From Tubiluchus corallicola (lineage: Eukaryota > Animalia > Priapulida): a stretch of DNA of 64,000 nucleotides. The stretch is taken from assembly GCA_030141605.1 (NCBI GenBank), contig JAQGDQ010000033.1:1-64000 (forward strand), in the 5' to 3' direction. Shown here piece after piece: positions 46,901 through 61,527 of this stretch. Under the pieces are notes generated by a model. That model was not told the origin of the DNA and searched no databases. It saw only the letters and a list, made by a program, of their open reading frames with translations. The position numbers were made by a program, and so were the translations under genes. How positions within the stretch are numbered: the stretch's first letter is position 1; each line of letters begins with the position of its first letter.

Positions 46901-49900
46901 TGTTACGCAAACACGGAAAGTTTGTTCCTGGTTTAGTGCAGTTAGTTCTTTCCCTAATGGTGGACTTAGAAGATGAAGAAGAGTGGTCAATCTCAGACGA
47001 GATCTTAGATGAAGATAATGATAGTAACCCTGTCGCTGGTGAGAGTGCTTTAGACCGGCTAGCGTGTGGTCTTGGTGGCAAGACTGTATTGCCACATGTG
47101 ATTGCTGCAATTCCGCAGATGTTGCAGAACCCTGACTGGAAGGTTAGACATGCTGCTTTAATGGCCATCTCAGCAGTTGGTGAAGGCTGCCACAAGCAGA
47201 TGGAGTCATTATTACCGAATATTGTTGAGGGTGTTTTGCCATTCTTGCAAGATTCTGTAAGTTGCCTGTGTTTGAAGTTCTTTATAAATGCTAGTAGAAC
47301 AAACATGATAAATAACACAAACTACCATTTTCTTATTAACTTATTTCGGTGATTATTATTAAATAAAAGAGTATCTAAATGCAGACCGGTTTGTTTACAT
47401 TCACTATTCTTTAAATATTTTTTTCTGGCAAACATCATTTACTAAAATGTGCTTGTAATGGGATAGAAAAAAAAAATATGTATACGTGTGTGCGTGTGCG
47501 TGCGTGCTTGTGTATTATAATATAAAATAAGGCAGGTTCAAATGATGAGTGACAATAACAAGATTCTCAAACCATTCAACAATTATAACACAATTATAAA
47601 AATACAGGCTAATAACAATAAAAAAGACTTGTACATCATGTTAAACTAGTACAGAAAAAAGGAGTTGTGTACAGTAGAAGGCATTTATTTATGTATTATA
47701 TATACTTGTATTATATGTTACTTGAGTCTTATCTTAAGAGTTTTCATTTGTTTGTCAGCATCCAAGGGTACGATATGCAGCCTGCAATGCAATTGGACAG
47801 ATGTCAACAGATTTTGCTCCTGTATTTGAAAAGAAGTTTCATGACAAGGTACTAACTTTATTTCCGTGATATTTTTCTCTACAGGCTTTATTTTAAACTT
47901 TGAATGCAGTGTCTAATTTTGCTACAAATCTGTCATTTATTGTAAAAGAGTGTTGTGTAGTTTTTTTTCTAAGACATAGTTTTTATGCTTTATAGTTGTG
48001 CAATGCTATCTAATTGCTATCTATATTTTATTAATCAACACTTGACGTTTGAGCATTTCTGCCTGTCTTTTTAAACAGGCGTTGCTCTTCTACTAAATGT
48101 GGTGTTGCTGATTGTATTCGGTATTATAAGAGCAATATCTGTACGTGCTGTTTCAGATTATTCCAGGCTTACTGATGGTAATGGATGATCATGCTAATCC
48201 AAGAGTTCAAGCACACGCTGGCGCTGCATTAGTCAACTTCGCAGAGGATTGCCCAAAAACAATACTTGCCACTTATTTAGACACGATCATGTGTAAATTG
48301 GAATTTATTCTGAGCACAAAGTTTAAAGAGGTACACAAATGCAAGTAGAATAAGACACTGATTACTTAAGTGGTATAACTATTTTTCCTACTGCGAAAAA
48401 TTATTTGTATTTCTAGTTTTATGTGATAATGAATCACTTTATGTTTTCCATAGCTTGTTGAGAAAGGCACAAAATTGGTATTAGAACAAGTAGTGACCAC
48501 CATTGCTGCAGTAGCCGACACATCCGAAGAAAAATTTGTAGTGTACTATGACAGGTAGTTTGGATTATACCATAAAATTTTAATTTGATAATTCTTCAAG
48601 TTGAAAAAATACATGTTTAAAATTTTTACCATCAGAAATATTTAACAATCCACTAATCACTTTGACGCATCTTCTGATGAAATTTTTCGAAGAATGAGCA
48701 GGCATCTAGTTTGTTGGATAAACATATAGTTGCCATTCGTATGTGTTAACTAACTGAATTGACCTCACTATATGTTAAATTATAGTTGTAGCATGCCATT
48801 GTAATTCAGTGTTTCTTTGTTCTTAGGGTTATGCCAGCCCTCAAGTACATTGTTCAGCATGCTATAACTCCCGACCTGCGGATGCTACGTGGCAAGACTA
48901 TAGAATGTGTCAGTTTGATTGGACTGGCTGTTGGGCGTGATAAATTCATGCAAGATGCAAGTGATGTGATGCAGCTGCTACTAAAAACACAAACAGAAGA
49001 GGCAGATTTACCAGAAGATGATCCACAGGTGCTATAAAGCATAAAATTTTTAATATATTTTGAGGTAACATAATGCAGTGAATCGCAGTACACATTTGTC
49101 AATACAGAATAGCTGCACAATCTTGAATGTTACTGTGTCTAATATTTACCCTTAGTAAGTTACAAAATTTCTTCAGACATTTACTTTCAATTGCGGCATT
49201 AACTTACACTCATATCTCGGTCGACAAAAGCGGGGGGTGACTTCGGTCCGAATTTACCGATTGTTCCTAATACAGTAGGTGCTGTGTATTAGACTCACGG
49301 AAATGTAGAATCATTCGCCTAATTGTCTCAAAAACGTCTAGTACGGGCCGCTCCTGTGCAAAAGTATATAAAAACTTTCGACAATTGACTCAAGTAACTC
49401 TGCATAATTGACTCTATATTTTTTCTGCACATGCATAAATAAGATATTTTTGTGTGACCAATGAGCTTTTACTATTTTCATGTCATCTTACTTTGCTTTT
49501 TTACACTATAATATATGTAAAAACAATCACGTTAAGTTCAGTGTCATTACACACTGCTTGGTTACACTGATGTAATGATGTAAACAAATGACGGCCTGCC
49601 AACTAGCGGTTAGCTCCCAAAAACAAAGGGCCGTGTCCATAGTATGCGGGACGTTTTAGCAGTTTTGATTTTGACCGATTCTTCTGATATCCATAAAAGT
49701 GAGGTCCGGCAAACTGAGATGTGAGTGTATTATTATGAGTAGTAAAATTCCTTTGTTAATGATTGTATAATTTGCTATCTCATGGTGTATTTCCCAATTT
49801 AACTTGTCTTGCTTTTCATACAAAATTAGATATTTATAGATTAAGGCTTCATCAGAAATCCTTAAAAGATTGCCTAATATGAGTATTGCACGCAAAGTAT

Positions 49901-52900
49901 AGCACGCACCAATGTGATGATCGAATGACGGATTTGCTGAAAATTTGACTGACCATGTAATTCTCAGCAGGAAATGGCAGCAATGATTGTTTGATATTTG
50001 CATTTTCCTTGGAGCCGACATGGCTTCCAGTCACTATCTTGAGGTTGGAACCATGTAGATCAAGCTTTCAACACTCTAGCAGAGCAGATGGGCATATCGA
50101 GAAGCTGCCAATGCTGAAGTGTAGCAAGCAGAATACAAAATAGCCAAAGTATTAACCAGAGATTTCAAGTCAACGTCAGTTCCCATCAGGGACAAAGATG
50201 GAGTTAATGCTGACAACAGAGTATGAAAGAAATGAGCGTTGGTATCAATACTTCAGTGAGGTACTCAGCAGGCCAGATTTAGATGGAGCAGATGTTGTGG
50301 AACAAGATACTTTGTAGTGGAACAAAATGTGAAAATTGAGAATGGAATGACGGACTGGTTTGAAATTACAACCAGTGTGAGACAAGAATGTCCCTTTGGA
50401 TCTTTCTGTTTTTTATTGGTCATAGATTGATGAGAGAACAAAACTTGTCCAGTAGCTCCCAGTATTCGATGAACAGTTGAAAACAAACATCTTCGGGACT
50501 TTGTCTTTTTGGATGATATAACGCTATTGAGTGAGACAGGACAGTACTTCTGGAGCTTAGTAGGCTTACAGATCAATGTGAAGAAAACAAGTGATGGTAA
50601 CCACACATTCAACACTTGGAGTACATAACCCAATTCTTCACCTTGGAAAATGTAGGAAAGTTCACATACCTGGGTGTGACCACTGCTAACCTTTGGGCAG
50701 AATTAAAAAAGAAATTAGGAAAGGGATATGGTACTTTCAACAAATTACAGAAACTACGGTTAAACAGACATCTTAGTATCAAAACAACATTGCATATATG
50801 CTTTGAATAGCAGTGTAATCTCGGTTGTGTTGCAAATGCTGGGACATGTCCACAAGATGGAGAACCAAGACTTACAAAGCAAAGTCTCCCGTGGACACTA
50901 GTGGGTGGCCTCAGAAAGCTTGGAAGACCATTGACAACATGGAGGATGAATGAAGAATTTGCAATCATGTTGGAATGACATTCAGGGGTAGCCCTCATTT
51001 GGCAATAAATCGAAACAAGTGGTGACACAATGTCAGTTACGATTGCCTTGAGATATACAACAATGAGACACGTAGTACTAAGATTTGTTTTTAAGTTTAC
51101 AGTTGCCTATGGATCTCGATTAACAGCATTATATAATACTTTTCTCAGTGTTCTGATGGAATAATTGTAAGTAACTGGAATTTATTCGTGCGCATAGCAT
51201 TTTTGTGGACCATGTATTTTATTATTTTTGCAGATATCATATATGATCTCAGCTTGGGCTAGGATGTGCAAGATTCTTGGCAAAGATTTTGAACAGTATC
51301 TTCCAGTGGTGATGGGACCGGTTATGCATGCCGCATCACTAAAGCCTGAAGTTGCACTTCTTGACAGTAAGCAAAATTTTTTTTCATAAACAGTGAGACT
51401 TGTGATGCATAGAGTGTACTTTTCACTATCCATGCTAATCTCATGAATAAACCAAAAGTACAGATAATCCAAATATAAAATTGACTTTTGCATTGCCAGA
51501 TTCCAGCAGAAATATAATGTTCAGTCATTTGAGGCAAATAATTTCTATAGCTTTCTATGTTATTTTGGCAGTGTTTTTTTAAATTGCTTACTAAGAAATG
51601 ACAAAAAATCACATATTTTTTGCCTTGTATTGTATTTGTAAAGTGTGTCACATAGTCTTTCACTTTTTTCTGACGTTATTTTATAAGTATCGAGAATTCA
51701 ACATTCTATTCACATTGATAAAATTTGGCTTAGTTTGATAATGTATCTAATATGGCAACAGTTGGTATTTACAGTTACAGGCACCCATGTTACTTTTTTC
51801 TAAATAACTGTAAGCCTGCTCACTGGTTCAGAGTGTCTTAAAAATTTCAGTCGATTTATAGTTACTTCTTATTGTTATTTTACCTGTGCATTGCTAGAAT
51901 TATTTTCTTCCAGGTGAAGATGTTAAAGCTATGGAAGATGATGATACATGGCAGTTTGTTACTCTCGGTGATCAACAAAATTTCGGTATTCGTACTGCAG
52001 GATTGGAAGAAAAGGCAACTGCATGTCAAATGCTTGTCTGTTATGCTAGGTAAATTATTTTTGATCTCCAGTACACAATATTTTTCTGAAATGAACTAAT
52101 GCTAATCAATTTATTTAACATAGTGTCAAAAACGAAATGTTTTAATAGCTTACTTGCACCAGCTCCAATTGTTAATTTGTCCTATCAAAAAGTAGTGTCC
52201 TATTCAAAGCCTATGCATTTCAGTATTTTCTGCATTAATGTTAAGTCACATCCTATGTACCTGTGCAAGTTATTTAGATTAAAATAATTCGGTAATTCGG
52301 GTATAAAGTATGAGGTGGATTAATAATAAAAAACAGTGTTACAATAACTTAAAATGGAATCACCAAATCATATACATAAAGTGGGTGTGCATTTTACAGA
52401 TGTCCAAAATATTTTAGCATTCGTCTTTATCTGAAATTTACATGTGGCTTATATTTTTGCTTTTACTGTTATTTCACTTACAGTAAGAGAAAAAGTCAAA
52501 GTAAACAAACTTGTCTTAATGGTTTATCTAACGAAGTTCTTTGTGTGTATTTTTATAGGACAATCACTAATTTTTAATTTTTTCTTATTTCACAGGGAAT
52601 TGAAAGCTGGATTTGCTGAATACACTGAACAAGTAGTAAAGCTTATGGTCCCACTCTTAAAATTTTATTTCCATGATGATATCCTTTTTCAATATTTGTT
52701 ATCGTATCAACTTACGTTTGTCATAAATACATATTAATGTCATCTTGTATGTAATGTAGTGCTGGTACTCCAAAAAGAAAAGGAAAACATTGCGACTTCA
52801 AAAACACCTAAATGCACTGTGTCTTTTATTTGATATGATGCAAGTGAATCAACGAGTCATTTATGTAGTGGATGTGGAGCTTGTGGAAATAGGATTTTTC

Positions 52901-55900
52901 AATGTGCAGTAGAATTCTCTATTCTGTTAAATGTATTAATTAACTCCTTAATCATTGGCTACGTGTCAGAGTTGCTGCTACGGAGAGCCTGCCATTTTTG
53001 CTAGAATGTGCGCAGATCAAGGGTCCTGGCTATTTGCAGCAAATGTGGGACTACATTTGCCCTGAGTTGTTAAAAGCTGTCGACACAGAACCGGGAAACG
53101 ATGTGCTAACAGAACATATGCATGCTTTTGCAAAGGTTCATATTGACACTTATTTTTCTTTATTTTATCTAAATTCAGAGACTAACTATCTAGATGCAAA
53201 ATGTTTAACCAAGCAAATAGACATGCTAAAATCTCATTCTATTAGTTTTTGAAATATCAATGATTGTCGTTAATCAGTTTTGAAATGCATAGAAAAATTC
53301 TGAACACTTGTATTTGTGTTGGTGTGTATTGTTGTTTTATTAGCTATGGTACTTTGTAGAAGTTGCATCATGATCTCCGCATGCCTTTGCTGCGGGCAAA
53401 AAGTAAAGCAATATCACCCTTTGTCAGCTACTGAGTTGATCATTTATTATTAGCTGGTTAAACCACTTTTGTTAGTTAAGTTATTCTGCTAACACTAAAG
53501 AAAAGGCCAGTTTTTGTTTAACATTCCAAAAATAGTTATCAACTTCGCTGCCAGGTTGGTAGTGCCCTGGAGGAGTTGTTTAAGCTGAGCCAATAAACTC
53601 AGGTGAATGTAGAACCTTGGACGTTGTGGTGCTACAAAGATTGCCCATCTTTAAATAATCTGCATTTAGTAAACTAGCATTACTTACTTTTGCCACTTCT
53701 TTCAAAAACTTGCTACTTCTTTTATGATTCTTGCTTATAAAGGTATTCTAATATCAACCGAAAATTGCTGTGATATACTTTGCCAGGACTCTTCATGAAA
53801 AACTGTTTTTCTCTTATTGCAGTGTATAGAAGTACTTGGTAAAGGATGCCTAACAACAGAACGCATGACTGAGCTAATTCGTATACTAGAAAAAATTCTC
53901 AAAGAGCATTTTGAACGAGCAGAAAGCAGGCAACGTAAGCATAGGAGTTTGATTTCATGCATTTTTTTTATGTACGTTCTTACGTTGATGGTCGTAGCCA
54001 GGCTGCTACCGCTGTTATCAATGATAATCCTCTAAAATGAGTTACTGACCTGGGAGAGAGGTATCTTTGTCATGTTTGGCTGGCTGTACACTTTTATAAA
54101 GATTAAAAGCCTAAGGCAGTATGACATGTGAAACTGCCTAGAAGTGACTTTACTGGGGATCAACCATCCATCCAGACACAACTTTGCGGAACTTTACAAA
54201 ACACACTCCATGACTACATGATCTCTCATCCAAAACTGAGTACAGTATGTATTGACGTTTTCTTTCTAGAAGCTAGTTAGATATGACATCAAAAAATAAA
54301 GAATCATGGAAAACTGATGGTTTTAATGCTCAATTAACAATCAAGTAAAATAAAAAGATTCTCATACAGAATTTCTAAGCTATTTGACATTGACTCTGCT
54401 TTGGTTTTGATTAATTCTGCTGTGCCTAAATATTTGTCATACTCTAAGACATGTCACCTTAACTTTTTATTTTGCTTTTGTTATTACATTACAGAAAAGA
54501 GGAAGGAAGAGGATTATGATGAAGAAGTTGAAGAAGCACTTGTTGATGAGGATGATGAAGATATATTTATATTAAGCAAAGTTTCCGACATCGTTCATTC
54601 TTTATTTGGCACGCATAAAACCGAATTTTTTCCTTGGTTTGAACAGCTGCTGCCATATTGCGTTAAGCTATTGGTATGCTTATTTTTTATTTACCACTTG
54701 ATTATATCTAAACGTTGTGAAGTACTTCAGTTCTAAAAGAATGTTTGCTGCATTTGAGTTGATTCCTGAGCACACCAGTCATTCTATCATTCTACATTTT
54801 ATACACAAAGATTCTAATTATTAATTATTCATTTAAGTGCAAAGAAAACTGATCAGTGATTCTGTATTGTGTTAAATGTCCAGTGTCCACCCATAAGTAA
54901 AATGCTTGCTCATTGACAATACATTGTTTTTGAAGAAATAGTCTGAATACAGTTAATCATATAAACATATGAAAACAATACTAAATCTGGAAAAGTTTGC
55001 AACTCCACTAGGCCTTGAATCCAGTGTTTCTGCTATGCTAATCATTACACCACAAATGTACGCTAATCTTCAAATTTACTATGTAGCTCTATAAGAGATC
55101 TTTTTCTAAGATACCTCTTAGTTTTTTATCTTAGAAGATTGGCCTTAATAGTGAGCTAAGGCCCTCGTCTCACCACAATTATTCATGTCAAGTAAGTGCT
55201 TCCATTGAGTGTTAGATTTTGGCATAAAGCATGCCAAATTGTATAAAAAAAAGTGGTGAATAAACAGTATGTTTATTTTTCAGTGCTATTGTATTGCAAT
55301 TGTTTGGCATTTATGGCAGTTTGTTTAAATTCTTAAATGGGAGGATTTAGTGCATGTATTTCAATAGATTAGCTTTAATTTTTCACTTATTGATACTTTT
55401 TTGCTGTTTTTATACTTGTATTACAACCCAGTAATCTTGTTTTTTAGTATTGGACAGCTAAAACTTTTTTGTGGCTATGCTGCATTATTATCTGCAACTT
55501 TTTCTAAGTTATCCTCTTATCCACAGTTTTGTTTTTGCAGAGTCCAGAAAGACCGTGGCCAGATCATCAATGGGCACTCTGTATATTTGATGATGCTATA
55601 GAACATGGTGGACCTGTATGTGCAATTTCACTTCAAAAGTATTTGTTCTTTGTTTTTTCTGCTTTAAAAGTAACCCAAAATATTTTATGTAACTTTGCAT
55701 AATGTGTTTTTCTAGGCTGTGATAAAATACCAGGATTACTTCCTGCAACCACTATTGCAATTTATAGTCGACAGCCATGCTGAAGTAAGGCAGGCAGCAG
55801 CATACGGTGCAGGTGTACTTGGACAATATGGTGGACCTGATTTCTCACAGGCATGTGCTGGTAAGATATGTCACTAATGTATATGTTTAATTTTGCTCTC

Positions 55901-58900
55901 AGGTTTTCTTCTTCATTCACACTCCTGCTGCTACTTGGTATTCAGTTTGTCAATCGATGTATTTGATATTTGAGGTTTTTACACAAAACATATAATATAG
56001 ACTTGGCTTTTCAGAGGCTATTCCGCTACTAATACAAGTATGCAATGCACCTAACTGTAAAGCACCAGAGAACATTAATCCTACCGAGAATGCAATATCG
56101 GCAGTAACAAAGATTTGCAAGTATAATGGTTCTCGATTTAATGTTGATGAAGTCCTAGCACATTGGATAAAGTGGCTTCCTGTGTGGGAGGATGAAGATG
56201 AAGCACCTTATGTATACAGCTATCTGTGTGATCTTATTGAAAGGTGTGTAACTGGTGATAACTAATTCAGTTGTTTGAACTGAGTTACTAAAACATTAAT
56301 TTGTAGATTAGCAGCACTGTAAATTTCTTTATAATGCTAAGCATTTTTATAAAAGTCGGCTTTGTTTGCCATTTAATGGCTTTAGAGGCAGTTCCCACAA
56401 GTGACATTTTATTATTGTTATAATCAGCGTGCAAGTCAAAACTTGTAAAAATAATGATTACTGTGATGATTAATGCTTTCGTTGCTTTCGTTTTTAGTCT
56501 TTTGAAAATTAATTTATTTGTTTATTACTGTCATTTCACCAAGTTTTTCCACTCTATGATTTACTTTGTGCAACTGGAGCCTCAAGTTTGTGCTTTTGAT
56601 GAATTTACTTTGTACATGTTGAGAATCATTGTTGTTTTTTATCATTTATTATTTTATTTGTTAAAATTTCCTCTTAAATAATCTCAATTTCCTTATGTAA
56701 ACTACCAAAAAAAGGTTATAGGTACCAGAAATTTTTTTTGTGTAAGCTGAACTTCATCAAGTATGTTGTATTTGACCTTTAAAAGCCATTCTTTAGCTGA
56801 CACTCAATAACGTGACAATGAGACATTGACAATGGTCAAATGAAGGCTATGATGTAGTCAAACCCTCGCACACATGATTCATTAGAAATTAACTATTTAA
56901 CGTATAGTTCACTATTACAAAATTGTTACACTGTGACTAGTATATGCCAGTATTACTAAATAGAATAGAATTTATCATTTTAAAGGTCCCACTATGTTAA
57001 TAACTCCCTAATTTTTTTAACAGCTGCCAGTCTAATAGACTTCAGCTTTTGATTAATAGACACCCACTTTTTGTTTATTTCCCTAAATGGTGTATTGATT
57101 TTGGAGAAACTTTTTAGGTTGGCTTGGACTTTTGCTAATTGTATATTTTCCTTTTGTAGTAACCACTCCGTGATATTAGGCACAAACAACGAAAACATAG
57201 CACACATAATAGGCATAATAGCAGAAACTCTCAGGCATGAGGCTTTAGATAAGGAATCCGAAGTTTTACAACGTATGCTGAACATCATCAGGCATATACA
57301 GGTACTTAATGCATTGTGCGCAATTCCATCATTTTGATGATAATCTTGGCTAAATTATGTGATATTGCTGATAACTAGAAATCTGTACGTGAGTTCCAGT
57401 CATTACAGTTTGTTATGTCATTTCAAAAAGGGATAGAAGTTGCAGAAGCCACTTTTTCTAGTGAGTAACCAAAAAATGCTGCACAGTTTGATGAAAAATG
57501 CATCTTCTTATGTATGCAGAGATATTCAATATATACACAAAGCACAAAAGGTTCACTAACTTAATGCTGCCAATTTTATCGGCTTTTATGTTGACGTGTC
57601 ACTTATATTAAAATATATAGTACTTAAACATGTTTATACTGCTAACATGTTCTAAGACTTTATAGTTTTTGATTGTTGACCACACTGTTGTATAAATGTT
57701 AGTAAACTGCTAATGACTGTGTGCTGAGCTTTTGTGAGTGATATCCTGTTGTATCAGCTTTGCCTGAACATTTATACTGTGCACTGTGAATTCATGAAGG
57801 CACACTAACAAAACTTCTGCAGTTCATTCAGTAATTCTGCTAATTTAGCTGCCTAAATCTTTGTGTTCCAATTGTGCTTATGTAAAAATTAGTCGTCTGA
57901 TCAATTTGCAATATTTTTATTTAAAGTGCTTACATAGCTTTGATCCACAAAATCATACCTCAAAATGCATAAGCACCGTACAATGTATACATAATCAAAT
58001 TTCAGATTGTTTGTAGACTTTCAGATAAATATTCAATTCTGCGAACACATAGTAAATGCCAACTGTGTTACTTAGTTTATGTAGTTCACTTTAACTTTGT
58101 TAAGATAATTAATATGTTGTTTTGTCAGGGTCAGTTCCAGTTACTATGAAAGGTATTTTTCATTACATAATGGGCAACGAGATCCATAGAAATGCAGGAA
58201 ATAGTATTAATAATCAAACACTAACATTTTGGATTGTTTATAGTACTTGTAAATGTATGTAATTGCGGCTGCAGCTGCAAAAAGACTTGCTAAATGACCT
58301 GGTCAGATAGGTGTTTATGATGCACTGTAATAACCAAATGACATTATTTTTGTTCAGAATGTATGCTCACTTGAACAGTGCTTAAAATGTATTTGTTTTG
58401 GTAAGGGGTTTCATGGCGAACAGAGCAAGAAACAGCTAAGAGGTCTGGGAGACTGAAGGAGCTTTGTAAACTCCCCAGTGGGGTCCGAGTCTTACGTTGA
58501 GGGAAAAACCAATATTACTCGATTTTAGGCATTTGAGGCCTTTAATGGTTGAAAGGTCAATTCAGTAAGCAGCCGGTTACATTACCCGGTATAAGTCTTG
58601 GCTTATTCAAACCGTTTAACTTCGAGGAATCACTGAGTAAGCGAAGTACAGCAAGGGTGCACTAGCTCCAATTTACATGTTGAAACATCTAAGCAAAATA
58701 AGTTACAGCAAAGTAAAAGGAGACTCATTATTCTTGTGTCCAACTTTTCAAGAAATGTTTTTCTTTTTTCCTGTAAAGTTGCAAGAAAAATAAGTTGCAG
58801 CATGTTATCACGAAAACATAATTTAATTTTGCTGACTGAAAGATGGAAATTGCAATATACACATGTTACTGATAGGCCTATAGCTAATTAAATGGGAAGA

Positions 58901-59415
58901 AAAATAAATATGCGACCTGGCGAGACATTGTGTTTGTTAGGTGCAGGGTCTGTAGTTTTAAGTTCCCACTCTGTGACGCCTAACAGTCCCAGCTCACATT
59001 AAGCACTACTCAAGAGTGAATGCTTGCCACTTTAATTGATTTTGCTAATTACACAAGTTACTTATGACAGTTTTATTGCTGAAATTTTCAAATATTTTGC
59101 TTAAATATTAAAATGAGCTCAGCTTTCCAAGAACCTTGGTTTTTCTTTTAAGATGTAAGACTGTGTTTTATGCCAAAAACATTTTCATTAAAAAAGTTAT
59201 GTTTTTCCTACTGGAAAGCTTTGTTGTTAACTGTTGCAGTTTGTATAAAGGCGTAAGTCTGTATTTTGTACTAAACGAACACATTCGAAGCTTGAGTTTT
59301 CATCAGTGGGATCTTCTGCTAATTTCAGGTAAATGGGGAATTATTTGCATCATGTGTTCAACTGTTAACACCGGAACAACGACAAGCACTATCTGCAGCT
59401 CTGAGTGGAGTATAA
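41054..59415 (+). CDS. IPO5: Importin-5 (karyopherin beta-3), 22 coding exons, 1095 aa
   Basis: Exons 41054-41134, 42550-42630, 43962-44154, 44568-44670, 45298-45394, 45628-45732, 46690-47256, 47759-47848, 48157-48330, 48454-48554, 48827-49028, 51234-51366, 51914-52049, 52596-52678, 52963-53135, 53823-53934, 54495-54673, 55541-55615, 55716-55860, 56015-56243, 57160-57301, 59329-59415 sum to 3288 nt in phase. Diagnostic peptides: [81 protein letters not shown]. Confidence 0.97.
50050..51050 (+). mobile_element. Heavily decayed RTE-like LINE fragments in IPO5 intron 11
   Basis: Frameshifted pieces [60 protein letters not shown]. Confidence 0.7.
52679..52962 (+). other. U12-type (minor spliceosome) AT-AC intron in IPO5
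   Basis: 5' site ATATCCTTT, branch site TCCTTAAT at 52945-52952, 3' end ..CTAC. Removal restores YFHD-G-VRVAA. Confidence 0.95.
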
Positions 59416-61521
59416 GGATATTGTACCAGTAACGTCTGTCATTTTTACGAAACTTGCTCGCTTTCTAGAAAACTCTTTTAAATTACTTGTGATTTGTCTT
59501 ATAATTTATTACCAGTATAAATTGTTGCTGGTAATAGTACCATGGTATAGGCAAATGGCAAATTGGTCCTTTACAGTACAAATCAAACAGCTGAACTTAT
59601 TTATGCAAAAATATGGCTCTAGTTCATTTCATTAATGATTCTTACTGTTGTAAAACAGTACTTGTGGATGATAAAAAACTAGATATAAAACTTTGTCATG
59701 CAGCCTGGCACCCAGAGCAGCAGTGTGACATTTGTGAGTTTCCACCCCTCCTGATGGGGTAACAATTTTGAAGGGTTTTCTCTACAGAGTACTTAATATT
59801 AATATTATGTCTGCAGAGTGCTGGCAAACATAAAAGAAAAAGATTTTAGCTAGGATGAAGTTAGATTGTGCAGTAACAATTAATTTAGAGTGTAAATAGG
59901 AATATTTCATTTAGTAACTTACTGACTATTCATTGTTGACACTCAATGTGACAGTAATACATACTTAAATGTAACTACTGTTAGCTTCAGACTGTTGGTC
60001 TTAAATGCGACATTTGTAATTGTAATAATTATTGCCGTATTACACATTTGCTGTCATCTCTAAGTGTCTTGATTTTTATGAATTTTTTAAGAGCTATGAA
60101 TTTTATTGTTAAATCTTCACTTGCGTGCATTAGCTTAAGTTAGTTTTAATTGGAGAATGTTCTCATTAGAAATTAATGAAATACTAATAAGAATTACAAG
60201 ATTATTAAACCTAGATAAGTACTTCCTACTAATCTATATTGAGAAAGCTCGTGTATTTTTGTTACTCACTGGTTCATAATATCACATTTAAATCAAGTAA
60301 TACTGTGATCTTCCCATGTAAGTAGCAAGTGGTTTAAATCGTGCATTCTACAGCATCATATTTGCTGCAGTGAGCTCGTAAATTTCAAAACTTTCCAAGT
60401 TTAAAAAAATGTTTATATCTGAAAGCATTTAGGTTGAGCAGTTCAAAATGTATTGCTTCTAAAAATATTAATGTGTCATTAATATGCAAACTTTATGGAT
60501 GTTATCTAATTGAAATGACCACCTTGATAGTAATGGACTTATAAAAATGTAAGTCTTTAAAAACTGAATCTAATTTTTAGTACTCATCTTTTTTCAGGAT
60601 GCCTTGTGTTAAGAATGTATAAGAGAAAGTAATTTATTCATATTTTATCCATGTACTTTGCTCCATGTAACTTAACTTTACAGCTGTAATTTTATTGCTA
60701 AGATAAAAGCGATTGTTAAGTAACTTTAGCTGTAGCGCTTAAATAAAAGCTAAATAAGGCAGTGAATTGTCAAAGATTGCAACATTTTCGTCTTATTATT
60801 TTGCAGCAAACAATGTTAACAATTGTTGTAACTGCAATCAACCAGAACTGTTCTGAAGTTGCTGACTGGATGTAAATGCATTTTAATTATTACTGCTTTG
60901 AACTCTGTTTTGATTTTTGGTGTTTTCATCCAATTACTTTCAAAGTTGTGATTTTGTACTGGCATGTGTTAAACTCTGCATTGAATATGCATCAATGTAT
61001 TGTTTCTTTTGTCAATGATGTAAACTAAATTATTAGAATAATGTAGTCCATTGTAATTACTCAAACTGTAAGGGAAGGCAACCTATACTACTGGCAGAAA
61101 ATTTTTTTCTTGCCATTTTCTATATTTCTCTTGTATGTAAAAAAGAGTAAAAAGTCACTGGGCAAACAAGCCAAGCACCCGTGTTTGTGTCCTTTCTTAT
61201 TTTGTAGATAAGCCTCGTTCTAATGATACAACTTTATGTGTTGAGGCTGGTTGATTCATAAAGTTGTAATCGTTTGCTAGATATCTTCAGGTTGGTCCTC
61301 GCCAGTGGCTTGGAGTTAATCACATTGCTGGTACCTCTTGTTTATTTTCTGCTAAGTATATTACCATTGTTTTCGTAAAACAGATTCTTTGCGTTAAGTT
61401 AAAGTAACTGATAATTAACTTTACTGAAGTACTGCAACACGCTTGTCTTTTGAGATTTTTCTAGATGTATTTGCTGTTTGCTACTTTTGTAAGTAAACAA
61501 ACCTATTGTACAGAACATTTT

Positions 61522-61527
61522 AATAAA
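61522..61527 (+). terminator. Candidate IPO5 polyadenylation signal (alternatives near 60742-60757)
   Basis: AATAAA followed by GT-rich ttttgtgtagtattgt, about 2.1 kb after the stop codon. Confidence 0.35.
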
